64,000 nt of DNA from Paraphysomonas bandaiensis (lineage: Eukaryota; Protista; Chrysophyceae), in NCBI GenBank assembly GCA_965644295.1, contig CBFFRP010000616.1, positions 128,859-192,858 of the forward strand, written 5' to 3'. Positions within the stretch are counted from its first letter, which is position 1. Each line of letters begins with the position of its first letter. The position numbers and the translations under genes were made by a program. The notes under the pieces are model-generated. The model was not told the origin of the DNA. It did not search any database and saw only the letters and a list, made by a program, of their open reading frames with translations. Below, one piece after another: positions 25,701-37,700 of the stretch.

Positions 25701-28700
25701 GAAGTGGGGCGTCTCTGTCTGGCCCCAGTGGTAGTGCTCAGTTTTTTTCTGGTGATGGTGTTCTTTCTGGTTCTTTCTCAGTTGGAAGTGGCACTGTTTT
25801 ATATGACTCGGGTGCCGTGACCGTAGGAAGCGGAGATTCTTCTTCCGGACAGGCTGGTACTGTCAGTGTGCGCAGTGGATCATCTCTCAAAGGGTCTCAA
25901 GTGGAACTTGTTGCTGGGGATTCCAAAGGAGAAGGTGCTCCTGGTGGAAGTTTGTTCTTCGGGAGTGGTGGTGGTGATCTAGGTGGCATGATATCCATTG
26001 TTAGTGGTTCTGGTCTTAAAGGTGCTGCTGGTGATATTGAGATGAGAATTGGTGATACATTGGGGCTGAGTCGTGGTGGAACTATAGCTATGCGAGGCGG
26101 ATCTTCGCGTGGAGGTAATGGTGGAAACATCGCCATTTTTGGTGGTGAAAGCTTTTCTGAAACTGGATATGCGGGTGATATTGAAGTTTCAGGTGGTGAG
26201 AATTCTGCCACTGGCAGAGGTGGTAATGTAGGCGTATCTGGAGGTAGATCTGTAGGTGGTATGAGTGGCGACGTTGGTGTTTACTCCCAGTCCTCTTCGA
26301 CACAAAGTGGAGGAATTGATATTACTAGTGGAAGGTCGGCTCAGTCAGGTGGCATTCATGTGCAGTCTGGTGATGCCACTGTTCGCAGCGGTGATGTAGT
26401 CTTGAACACGGGAGATGCTACGAACAGTGGCAATGTAATAATTAGTGCAGGGCATGGAGATTCTGGGGGTATGATTTCATATTTCTCTGGTCGATCTGCG
26501 ACTGCAAGCGGTGGTGACATGACTCTTTTTAGTGGCGATAGCATTGCTCCTGGCCAAAGTAGTGGTCAGGCTGTGTTTGGTTCTGCATCTTCGCACGTAT
26601 CTAGTGGTTCGATTGTTGTCTCCTCTGGTTCATCTAGCTCCGGTTCTAGTGGTTCTGTATTCATTGGTAGTGGTGACAGTGCGGCATCCATGGCTGGTGG
26701 CGTTACATTATCTGCGGGTGCTGGTGTATCCGATATTGGTGCCAGTGTTTCTGTTCATGCTGGTGACTCGATGGCCCAGTCTAGTGTAGGAGGCGAGTTG
26801 TCACTATTAAGTGGTTCTGGTTCTTCTGGTGGCGATGTGATGATTGAAAGTGGCAAAGGTTCACTATCTAAGGGTGGATCTATTGCTATCAATGCTGGTA
26901 AGTCTGACGATGGCACTGGAGGGTCGATTGAAGTTGGTAGTGGTAGCTCTGATGGTGGCCTCGGTGGTTTGTTGTCGTTAACTGGGGGCGACTCATTTGC
27001 ATCTATTGGTGGCGATGTTTTATTATCTTCCGGAGATTCCATGAACGATGTGAGTGGATCGGTTCGTTTAGTAAGTGGCAAATCTTTGAACGGCCTTACA
27101 AGTGGTGGTGTCACCCTCGGAACCAGTGGATCCATAATGGGAGCTACAGGTGACTTGATGCTTTCCACTGGTGGACTTAGCTCCGGAACATCTGGTAGTG
27201 TATCTGTAGAGACTGGTGGCGGTGGTGATGTTGGTGGCGACATATCTATGTCTGCAGGCGATGCCATTGAAGGTGGCAGTGTACAAGTACGTGGTGGCGC
27301 TGCATCTACTGGTGAGTCAGGTATATTGACCCTTGTCAGTGGGGCTTCATCGTCAACAGGGGGCGTGAGTGGATCGGTGGATATATCATCTGGATCGAGC
27401 AAAGGTTCAAGTGGGTCAGTGCGTATTCGCAGTGGTGAATCTGAGTTGCACAGTGGCTCTGTTATTTTGGCCACTTCAGATAGCTCTTTGGGTTCGGCTG
27501 GATCTATTTCGTTAAATACTGGTGAAAGTTCATCCGTAGTGGGTGCGGGTATATCTGTTCATGCCGGTGGATCATCTCTCGCCGAAGGGGTTGGTGGTGG
27601 TGTGTCGCTTCTTGGTGGTGAAGCTTCCCATGGTGGTGATATTATCCTCCGTTCTGGTGTCGGTGTTATCGGTCGCAGTGGATCCGTTGACATTTCTGTT
27701 GGTGAGAGTGCTGGAATGTCGGAAAGTGGGGCTGTGTCGATACGAGGTGGTGAATCTATGGGAGGTGGTCTTGGAGGCGAGGTGCTAGTTGAGGCTGGGT
27801 CTTCTACGATAGGTTCAGGCAGTGGTGGGTCGCTGGTACTTCGTGGTGGGGCATCTAGTGATGGTGTGGGTGGTGGCGTTGCGATTTCCAGTGGTACGAG
27901 TGCCTCTGGTGCTAGTGGTTCTGTGACAGTTTCGAGTTCTACAGGGGACGTTTCTAGCGGCTCTGTGTTCGTCAGTAGTGGTGACTCGTTTAAATCTTCA
28001 GCTGGTGATATCGTTCTCTCTGCTGGATCTAGCCATGTAGATAGCAAAGGTGGCGCTATCCGTGTGGAGTCTGGAGCTGGATCTGAAGGTTCTGATGTTT
28101 TAATAGCTGCTGGTCTAGGAACGTCATTGGACGGAGGATCTGTCATTGTTACTAGTGGTGGAAGTAGTTCAAAGAGTGGTGGTGTGGTTCTAACATCACT
28201 CGGTGGTAGTGGTGCAAGTGGTTCGATTGAGATTGGAAGTGGATCCTCTGCTTTAGAATCTGGCACTATTTCTTTATCCAGTGGTGATTCTGTGGGCTCT
28301 TCAGGTGCCATTGTTTTGGAAAGTGGGAGCAGTTCTATGTCTTCTGCTGGCTCTGTTTCTTTACAGGCTGGTACCAGTATTGGGCATGAGGGTGCTAGTT
28401 TAAAGCTATCTTCTGGACATTCACTTGTGAGTTCTCAGTCTGGTGGTCATGTTTCTCTTGCTGCAAGTGATGGTGCTTATGGGGGGTCGATTAAGATACA
28501 AAGTGGAACTGGGTCCAATGGGGCCTCTGGTGATATTGTTGTTTCTGCGGCCTCAAGTGAATCGGATAAAGGTGGATCTGTTTCATTTACTGGTGGATCC
28601 TCCCAATCTGATAATGGTGGGGATGTCACCGTATCTTCCGGATTTGGCCGAAAAGGTGGGATCACTAGAATCTCTGCTGGCGCATCTAGTGGTTCAGATG

Positions 28701-31700
28701 GTGGTGAAGTGTTGATAGCAGGTGGCGGAAGTGACATGACAGTTGGTGGTACTCTCCGGCTTAGATCTGGTATTGGCTTTACTGCGTCAGGAGGCATTGA
28801 AATAGGTTCCCCGGTATCGTCCAGTGGAAGTTCCGGGTCTATGACTGTGTCGACTGGGGACTCCAGTGATGAATCTGGCAGTTTATTTTTAGCTGTAGGT
28901 TCAAGTGCGCATGGTGTTGGCGGATCTGTCGTCGTCAGTTCTGGTGAGGGGCATATAGGTGGTAATGTAGATATTGGTGGTGGTCGGGGTTTGGACAGTT
29001 CTGGTGGAGGAGTAGAAGTACGGAGTGGTGATTCTGCTGATGCCACATCGTCTTCTGGAGACATTACCTTTTATTCTGCAGATACTTCATCGTCATCTGG
29101 TAAAGTGCTAATTAGCACGGGGAAGTCGTTTAGTGCTTCGTCTGGTGCAGTGTTTGTTGGGAGTGGGGATAGTAACGATTTGACTGGAGAAGTGGCAGTC
29201 GTGGGTGGTTCTAGTAGTGGTGTTGGGCAATCGAGCTTAACTTTGTCAGGTGGTAGTTCTCTCAGTGGTAAAGGAGGTAGTGTGCGGCTCGGTAGTGGTT
29301 ATGGTACGGAAGGAGGTGATGTTTTTGTCAGAAGTTCTGGTGCATCTGCGGGCCGTTCTGGTGACGTTAGAGTTAGTGTTGGTGACAGCAGTGAGCTTTT
29401 CTCTGGCGGAGTCGTGGAGGTTCGTAGTGGACATTCTCTTGCTGGCGAAAGTGCTGGTGGGATTGATATGAAAGCTGGTTCCGGTATGTCTGCTGTGGGT
29501 GGCTCATTTGGAATTTCTGGAGGAGCATCATCGGACTCTATGGGTGGTTCTGTGATCATATCCAGTGGTAAAGGTGGTGATAAAAGTAGTGGAGAAATCT
29601 TGATGAAAACAACTGATGGAATTTCGAGTGGTGATATTGGAATTAGTAGTGGTCATTCGTCCCTTGGCAAGGCTGGGGACATTACTTTGGATGTCGGTGA
29701 TTCAAGTCACACTGTTGGAGGTGGAATAGAAATGTCCGCAGGAAATGGGTTGTCTGGCGGTCGCATTGACCTGTCGGGTGGTCATGCTGTTGAATCTAAT
29801 GGTGGTTCAATTTCCGCTCGTAGTGGAACCAGTACTACGTTTGGAACTGGGGATGTACATATCGCATCGGCAGATGGAAAGTTGTCAACTGGTGATGTAG
29901 TTATGTCCAGCGGAATATCATCGCATGGAACTTCTGGAATGGTGACTTTGAGAAGTGGATCGAGCGATTCGTCCTCTGCAGGCGCTGTCAATATTTTTGC
30001 AGGGTCTAGTGAAGCGACATACGGGGCGTATGTCTCCATTGCTGCTGGCGATGCACTCATGGACAGTGGAATTGGAGGCACCCTTTCAATTATGGGGGGC
30101 TCTGGTGGTAGTGGTGGTGATGTTAGTATATCTGGTTCTGCAGGGAGTGATGTGGATGGTGGAAATGTCCGACTAAGAGGAGGATCTGGTGTGAAAAATG
30201 GAGGAGTTTTGGAAATGACATCAGGGGATTCCACCGCTAGTGGTCGAGGTGGTGAAGCTTCGGTGAATGCTGGTGCTGGATTCAGCGGTGGATCAGTGCA
30301 GTTACGTGCCGGGGATATATTAGGGACTGGTGGTGGCACGGTCTCCTTGTCTAGTGGCTCGTCCAGTGTTGAAAGTGGTGGCATTTTGCTCTCTACTTCA
30401 AGTTCTGAGATTTCCAGTGGTACAATTGCTATTCAGTCTGGTGATGGTCTAAGTGGCAGTTCGGGTGATGTTGTAGTAACAACCGGGACTTCAGATCATG
30501 GAGGTGGCGATATAATGTTGTCTGTTGGGTCCAGTGGTGATGGCAGTTATCGAGGTGCATCAATTTCTATGGCTTCTACAAGGAATTCTTTAAGTGATGG
30601 TGGTTTTGTAAGTATTACTGGTGGGACTGGAAATTCTGTGGCAGTTATCAGTGGTGATGGTTCCACAACTGCAGCTGAAAGAAGTGGAGTACTTCTCTTG
30701 GCATCGGCCTCGAGTGCGTCATCTGGATCTGTATCTTTAGGAAGCGGTTTCGCTTCAAGTGGGTTGTCTGGTGAAGTCAAAATTGGATCTGGTGACAGTA
30801 CTGATGGGAAAGCAGGAGATGTTGCTGTCATCTCAGGGGATAGTATGACGAGTGGTGGAGATGTATATCTTAATGCTGGCGGTTCAAGAGGTGAGAGTGG
30901 GGGCAACACATACATCAGTGCTGGAAAAGGTAGTTCTGGTGGCAGTGTTAGTATTTATAGTGGTGCTGGTGAAGCTGGAACTAGTGGTGATATAGCTGTT
31001 GCTGTTGGCAGCAGTACTGGATCTTTTCAATCTGGAGATATTTCTCTAGCTGGTGGTCAATCTGAAACGTCTTCTGGTGGCTTTATTTTGATTCAGGGGT
31101 CTGCTAGCGGCAGCGTTGACGTTAGTGGTGGGGTGTCATCAGAAGATAGTACTGGTGGTGCGGTCCTTATTAGTAGCGGCTTAAGCCACGGCGGTCCAAG
31201 CGGAACTGTATTGCTTTCTTCTTCGTCTGGACAGTTTAGTAGTGGCGATGTGATTGTTGCTACTGGATCTTCTGAAGTTGGATCCGCGGGCTCTATTGCT
31301 CTTTCTGCTGGTAATAGCGATGGCATAGACAGCAGCGGTTCCGCCGTATCTGTCACTGCAGGATCTGGTGCTCAAGGAGGGGATATAAATATTTCTGGCG
31401 GATCAGGGTATCACGATCGGGGAGGAACTGCTCTTATTTTAGGAGGAAGCAGTAGTTCGTCTAATTCTGCTGGCGGAGATGCTGTATTGCGTTCGGGATT
31501 TTCGTCTTTCTCTAGCGGTGAAGTTATTGTGGAAAGTGGCAATTCGGATGGAACTACGGGAGCCGTACGAATATCATCGGGTGCTTCCCTATCTCGTGCC
31601 GGAAAGATTGAAATACAATCTGGAGAAAGTGTGCATCAAGAAGGTGCGGATGCAACCCTGTCGGCTGGAAGTGATAGTTCAGTGTCAGAACGGGGCGGTA

Positions 31701-34700
31701 CGGCTCGTGTGTTTGGTGGTAGTGGTTCTAGTGGAGGAGGTGTAATCTTGGAGAGTGGTAGAGGTGTTGACAAAGCCTCCGGATCTATTGTTATTGCGGT
31801 TTCTGAGTCGTTGGGCGCTTTTGGAAGCGGTGATGTCTTGATGCAAGGCGGTCAAGTGCGAGAAGGAAATGGTGGGGCTGTCAGGATTGCAGGCGGTTAT
31901 TCATCTTCCAGTGGGCCTGGTGGTGATGTTTCAATTTCCAGTGGGTCGTCTTTCGATGGCGAGAGTGGGGCTATTCGCGTCCAGTCATCTTCTGCTTTCA
32001 ACTCTGGAGATGTTTCTGTTGGGACTGGTGATAGTTTGGCACCGTCTGGATCAATTCTGTTGTCTACTGGGCAGTCAGAGGATGGTACGTCAGGTGGCAT
32101 CGACATTAGCATAGGTGACAGTGATAAAAATGGTGGTGGTATATCCCTTAGCGGTGGGCTTGGTACTGGTAAAGGTGGGGATGTTACCTTAAATGCTGGG
32201 AGGAGCGCTAACGGTGTTGGTGGCTCTCTCATATTTTCAAGCGGTGGGACTGATACAACTAATACGAGTGGCTCTGTTTATATTCATACTGAGTCTTCTA
32301 GCTCCTCCGGTGGAGTGTATATTTCCAGTGGAGCGTCAACGACCTTTGAATCTGGCTCGGTTGTCATAAATAGTGGTGATATGGTGCAAGCGGAAGCTTT
32401 GTCTACGGGTGCCTCACTCATATCAGGAAGTTCACTTCATAGCAGTGGCGTCAGCACATTAGTTGGTGGAGGTAGATCTGAATTTTCTGACGGTGTGGGT
32501 GGAAGTGTCTTGATTACAAGTGGTAGCGGAAGTACAGGTGGTGATATTGCTGTGTATAGCGGTGATGGGAAGAACGGTGGGTCAATTTTGTTGTCTTCCA
32601 GTGGAGGAAATATTGATATAGACTCGGGGGTGTCTGCAACAACTGGCGGGACTGTGTCACTTCGTGGTGGCGAAAGCATTCGTAAAGGGGGTGATGCTAC
32701 TGTGTCGGCTGGATGGTCTCATGAAGATTCTGGTGGCTCCACTGTAATATCTAGTGGCTCGAGTGTTTCGTCGTCGAGTGGACTCATATCAATTTACTCA
32801 GAGGCCGCTCCGCTTTACAGTGGGGATATTGTTTTGTCTAGTGGTTCTGCTGTATTTGGTGATTCTGGATCGGTGTATATATCCTCAGGTTCTTCTGCGA
32901 AATCTTCTACTGGTGTCGTTGCCATTAGTTCTGGTTATAGTGTCAGCGAGCGCGGTGGTGATATGGTTTTGTCCGCTGGCTCAGGTGGTTTGGGAGGCAA
33001 TGTGGTATTGTCTTCTGGCGAGGCAACAGATTCTGTGGAAAGTGGATCGATGTCAGTACGGAGTTCATCTCGTGGTAAAGCTGTATTTGGTTCTAGCATT
33101 GCAACGTCTGGATTTAGCGGTGATGTCTCAGTCGATAGTGGAGATGCTAAGCTGGAATCGGGCGATGTTAGGTTAAGATCCGGTGATAGTGTGGATTCAT
33201 CTGCAGGATTTGTGTCTGTGGTAGCCGGTACTAGCTCATCAAGTGGTGGTGCAAGTGTGAGACTCATTGGAGGAAAAAGCAGCGGCAATGTAGGGGGCAA
33301 CGTATTCGTTGCTGGTGGTGATGGTGTGCGTGGTGGTGATATGGAGCTTTCTAGCGGTGATGGTTTTGGAGATTCCAGTGGAAATTTGTCGCTACTCGTA
33401 CCCGGTGGAACGGATTCCATTGAAACGGGTTCTATACTTTTGAGTGTTGGTCCCGCCGAAAAAGCACCCGGTTCTATTTTCTTGTCTTCAGGTTCATCAT
33501 TGGGTGGCGGGTCTGTGACTGGGAATATTGATGTCGCCAGTGGGGACTCAGTTGATGGAATTGGCGGGAGTGTGTCGATGTTCAGTGGATCAAGTAGAAT
33601 AGGGAATAGCGGTAAAATGCGCTTGGCAACATCATCTGGTGATAGTTCAGGCGATTTACTTATTAATTCTGGTGATGCCATTTCTGGCCAAGTTGGTGCT
33701 ATTCTTCTTTCTGGTGGTCAAAGTAAATCTGAAACTGGCGATGGTGGTGTAGTATCTCTTCACGGTGGTCATGGATATCGAGGCGGATCGACTACTATTG
33801 ATGGGGGCGAGGGTGATTTCGGCGGTGAACTTAATCTTTCCGGAGGAACAGGTGTTTTCGAAGGAGGTAGTGTATCAATTGCCTCTGCTACTGGTTTATC
33901 GAGTGGGTCAGTATCTATTAGATCTGGTTCTTCTGGAGGTATTTCAGGTGATGTGGTTTTGGAGAGTGGTGACTCATCTGACGCGACATCGGGTGCTATT
34001 CGACTGAAAGTTGGTAGTAGTCTGAGTTCCGGCTCCGATGTTCATGTTGCAGCAGGTGTTTCGACTCAGTCGACAGGTGGTAGCGCAATAATAGCTGCTG
34101 GTGATGGTGTTAACGGGGGGGATGTTGTGATAAAAAGTGGTCGTGGAAGTAGTGGACACTCAGGCGGTGTGGATGTTAGTGTTCCAAGTACTGGGGCTAG
34201 TTCTGGCGGTGGGATTACCTTTCGGTCTGGAAATTCTGAAATTGGTGGTGGTGGAAGTATTGCTCTTACAGGCGGTGCGAATGCCGAAACCTCTGATACA
34301 GTTGGCGGTGCTGTGAGTGTTCATGGTGGTTTCAATTCTGGCCGAGTTTCTATTATGTCAGGGTCTTCGTTGTCTGGAGGTGGAGGAGCAGTTGTATTGG
34401 AAACCCCAGAGTCTGCTCAAAGCGGGGATATATCCCTAGTGACCGGGAAGGCGTCGCAGAAATCTGGTTCTGTACGTGTATTATCTGGGCCATCAGGATA
34501 TACTGATGGCGGTAGTGTAAGCATTGGTGGTGGCGGAAGCGATGGACATGATTCGTCAGGGGGGGGTATATCCCTGATTGCTGGATATGGAAGTACAGGT
34601 GGAGCTGTTGTCGTTAACGGAGGTCTTGGTACTTCTAGTATTGGAGGTAGCGTTTACCTTAGTGGTGGTAGTGGAATGAGCGCTGATATTGCGAGTGGTA

Positions 34701-37700
34701 GTGTTGATATTCTTACCTCGCAGTCATCATCTGGAACAGGAGCTATTTCATTGCTTAGTGGTGACAGTAGATTTTCGTCTTCTGGATCAATTGCAATTCG
34801 ATCTGGAAGCAGCCATGAAGCATCGTCTGGTGATATAGCGATTGTTGGTGGCACGAGTGGAGGTGTAGCAGTGGGATCATCAGTTACAGTGTCTGCAGGT
34901 GATAGCAGTATCACCAGTGGTGGAAAAGCTCTTATTTCAGGCGGAAATGGTGCTGTTGGAGGTGAGGTTGCTGTTGGAGGTGGCTTGGGTCATGATAGCA
35001 CAAGTGGTTCTATAAGCCTGTCATCTGTTGAGTCAAGTAGTGGTAGTTCTGTATCAATCAAATCTGGTATGTCGTTTATCGGGGATAGTGGAAGGGTGTC
35101 TATTAGCGCCGGAGAGTCATTAAGTGGTGCCGGTGGCATCATTGATTTGGTAGGCTATTCGAGTGCTCATGGCTCGGGGGCTGTCAACGTTGTTGGTGGC
35201 TCGGTATCAATTTCTTCCGACTCAAGCAGTTCTTTGAGTACTGTAGATATTAGCTCTGGCTCGTCAACCGGAAACACTGGTGATGTTAGAGTTGCCACTG
35301 GGTCGAGTATGATTGGCAATTCGGGTACCATCATACTATCAGTCGGTTCAACGTCAGTTTCGTCGGGACCAGCGTTATCGCTAGGTGACGATTCTAATGA
35401 TGCTAAAGGCATAATTATGTCTGCAGCAGTTTCGAGTAGTGAAAATGGTGGTTCTGTTACAGTGAGTAGTGGTGGTAGTGCATCATCTGCTGATACCGGG
35501 GGGGGTATATATCTCCGTACAGGTATGTCTACATCTGTTAGTGGACCCGTAAAATTGTTCAGTGGTACTGCTTCATTTTCTTCTGGAGTTGTGTCTGTTG
35601 CAAGTGGACAATCAAATGAGAATAGTGGAAATGTTGTTGTATCCAGTGGTGCTGCTGATCGTAATGGTGGTGAGTTGCTTTTATCTACAAGTGATTCTGG
35701 CTCTGCTGGTGATATTAGGATAAGCGGAGGTGTCTCAACAAGTAATCGTGGATCTTCTGTCGTAGTTAATGCCGGCAGCGCTCTGGGTGCGAGTGCTATG
35801 GATGAAGGGGGTAGTATTACACTCTCTGCTGGAAGTAGTCTGGGGTCTGCTGGTGGTGACGTTATTGTGTCCTCTGGAGATGGTACTGTTTCTAGCGGTG
35901 TGACTATATTGCGGTCTGGTGATAGTAGCCTTGAGCTATCCAAGGATCACGTTGACATAAGTTCTGGTGGATCGGCTTCTTTTCGCATACCCATGCCCAC
36001 TGGGGATGGAGACAGTGGTACAATTGGCCTTGGAGTTTTGGACCCATCTTCTGATAGGGCTGTCTATGATTTCCGCCTCCGAGCGTTTAATGACAGCTCG
36101 CGTATGTTGATTGCTAGTTCGCCAATGCAGGTCACTAAGGTTCAATACTCCTCTGATGAGAGAATAAAGCGTGATATTCAGCCAGTTGATGAAAATTCTA
36201 TACTTCATCGACTCAAACAAGTTCAGCTTCAGAGTTATCGGTACACTGAGGAGTGGCTTGGAGTGCGTGACGATGTTCAGGACGTGAGAGTAAGAGGTGT
36301 TATTGCCCAGGAATTGGCTAAAGTGTTTCCTGAACATGTTAAAGTCATACCTGAATACACTTTAGAAGACAAAAATATTACATTTAAAAATTTCCACCAA
36401 GTTGACAAGACATCCCTAATGATGGATTTAATTGCTGCTATTCAAGAACAGGCCAAGCGATTTTCCTCAGAAGAGAACACTGCAAGTAAGGGTGGGGATG
36501 TACGTATCAGTTCCGCTACGTGGGATGAAATCATGGACTCGTCTCCAGATACTGCAACCGGAGATGTGTATATTACGTCTGGTGAATCAAGATTTGCGCA
36601 ATCTGGTAATGTTCGAATTGGGAGTGGAAGTAGTGGTGCGACTTCTGGCGATGTGAAGATTGAAGCTGGTTTGAGTGGATCTGGTAATGGATCTCCTGTT
36701 CTGATACATGGTGGATCTGCTTCACAGTCTCACGAAAATAGTGGTGGGTCTGTTGAGCTGTCTGGTGGTGGTGGATATTCATCTGGGGATGTCGTGGTGT
36801 CCACGCTCTCAGCGACTGGTAGTTCTGGAAGTATTGTCCTTTCTGTTGGCAGCTCAAAGTCTGGATCGGGTGATCTTCGCTTCACTGCTGGTTCTGGTTC
36901 CCGTGGTGGCAACTCGGTTATTGTTTCAGGCTCGGCAACTTCTGGTGCTGGTGGTGCTATGTTTATTTCTAGTGGCGCGTCTGCAGTGGGGACTGGTGTC
37001 AGTGGAGAATCATTCTTTGGGTCTGCATCATCTCCTAGTGGCAGCGGGAGTGTTCGTATCGCCTCCGGTTTATCAAGTGCGAATAGCGGCTCTCTTACTA
37101 TTGCGAGTGGAGACAGTGATGACGGGCGTGTCTCTCCTTTGTCATTATTTGGAGGCAGTAGTAAGTATCATTCTGGTGGTGATGTTTTAGTGCATGCGGG
37201 CTCTTCTGAGTCTTCCTTAAGTGTTGGTGGTAGTCTGCATTTGTCTGCTGGTTCCGGACCCACTGGCGGAAATACAAAAGTATCTGGTGGAGATGGTATT
37301 TCTGAAAGTGGAGGGGGTTTAATTTTGAGCGGTGGTGATGGATCTGGTTCGGCGGCAGCAGGAAATGTAGATATTCAGGGAGGTCAGTCTTCTCTATATT
37401 CCGGAAGTGTCCGGTTAGGTGCTGGTTTTAGCGAAAATTCTCCTGGTCGGGTTAGTATATATTCTGGCAATTCTGTAGCTCGTAGTGGTGGCGACGTGAC
37501 TTTGTCGTCTGGCTCGAGTGTGACCGGTAGTAGTGGTTCTCTTTTAATAGAGACGTCTGATAGTACATATGGTAAATCGGGAGATATAACGCTAATGACT
37601 GGGTTATCAAAAACTGGATCAGCTGGTGGTATTCTAGTCATGGTTGGTGATTCTCAATCTGCAGCGGAAGGGTCTGAAATTGTATTTTCATCCGGTAGTG

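Noticed and set aside
36300-36430. Locally A-rich, non-repetitive stretch as a possible intron or intergenic gap
   Set aside because: It translates in frame as the conserved ICA domain and aligns without gaps to copy 1.
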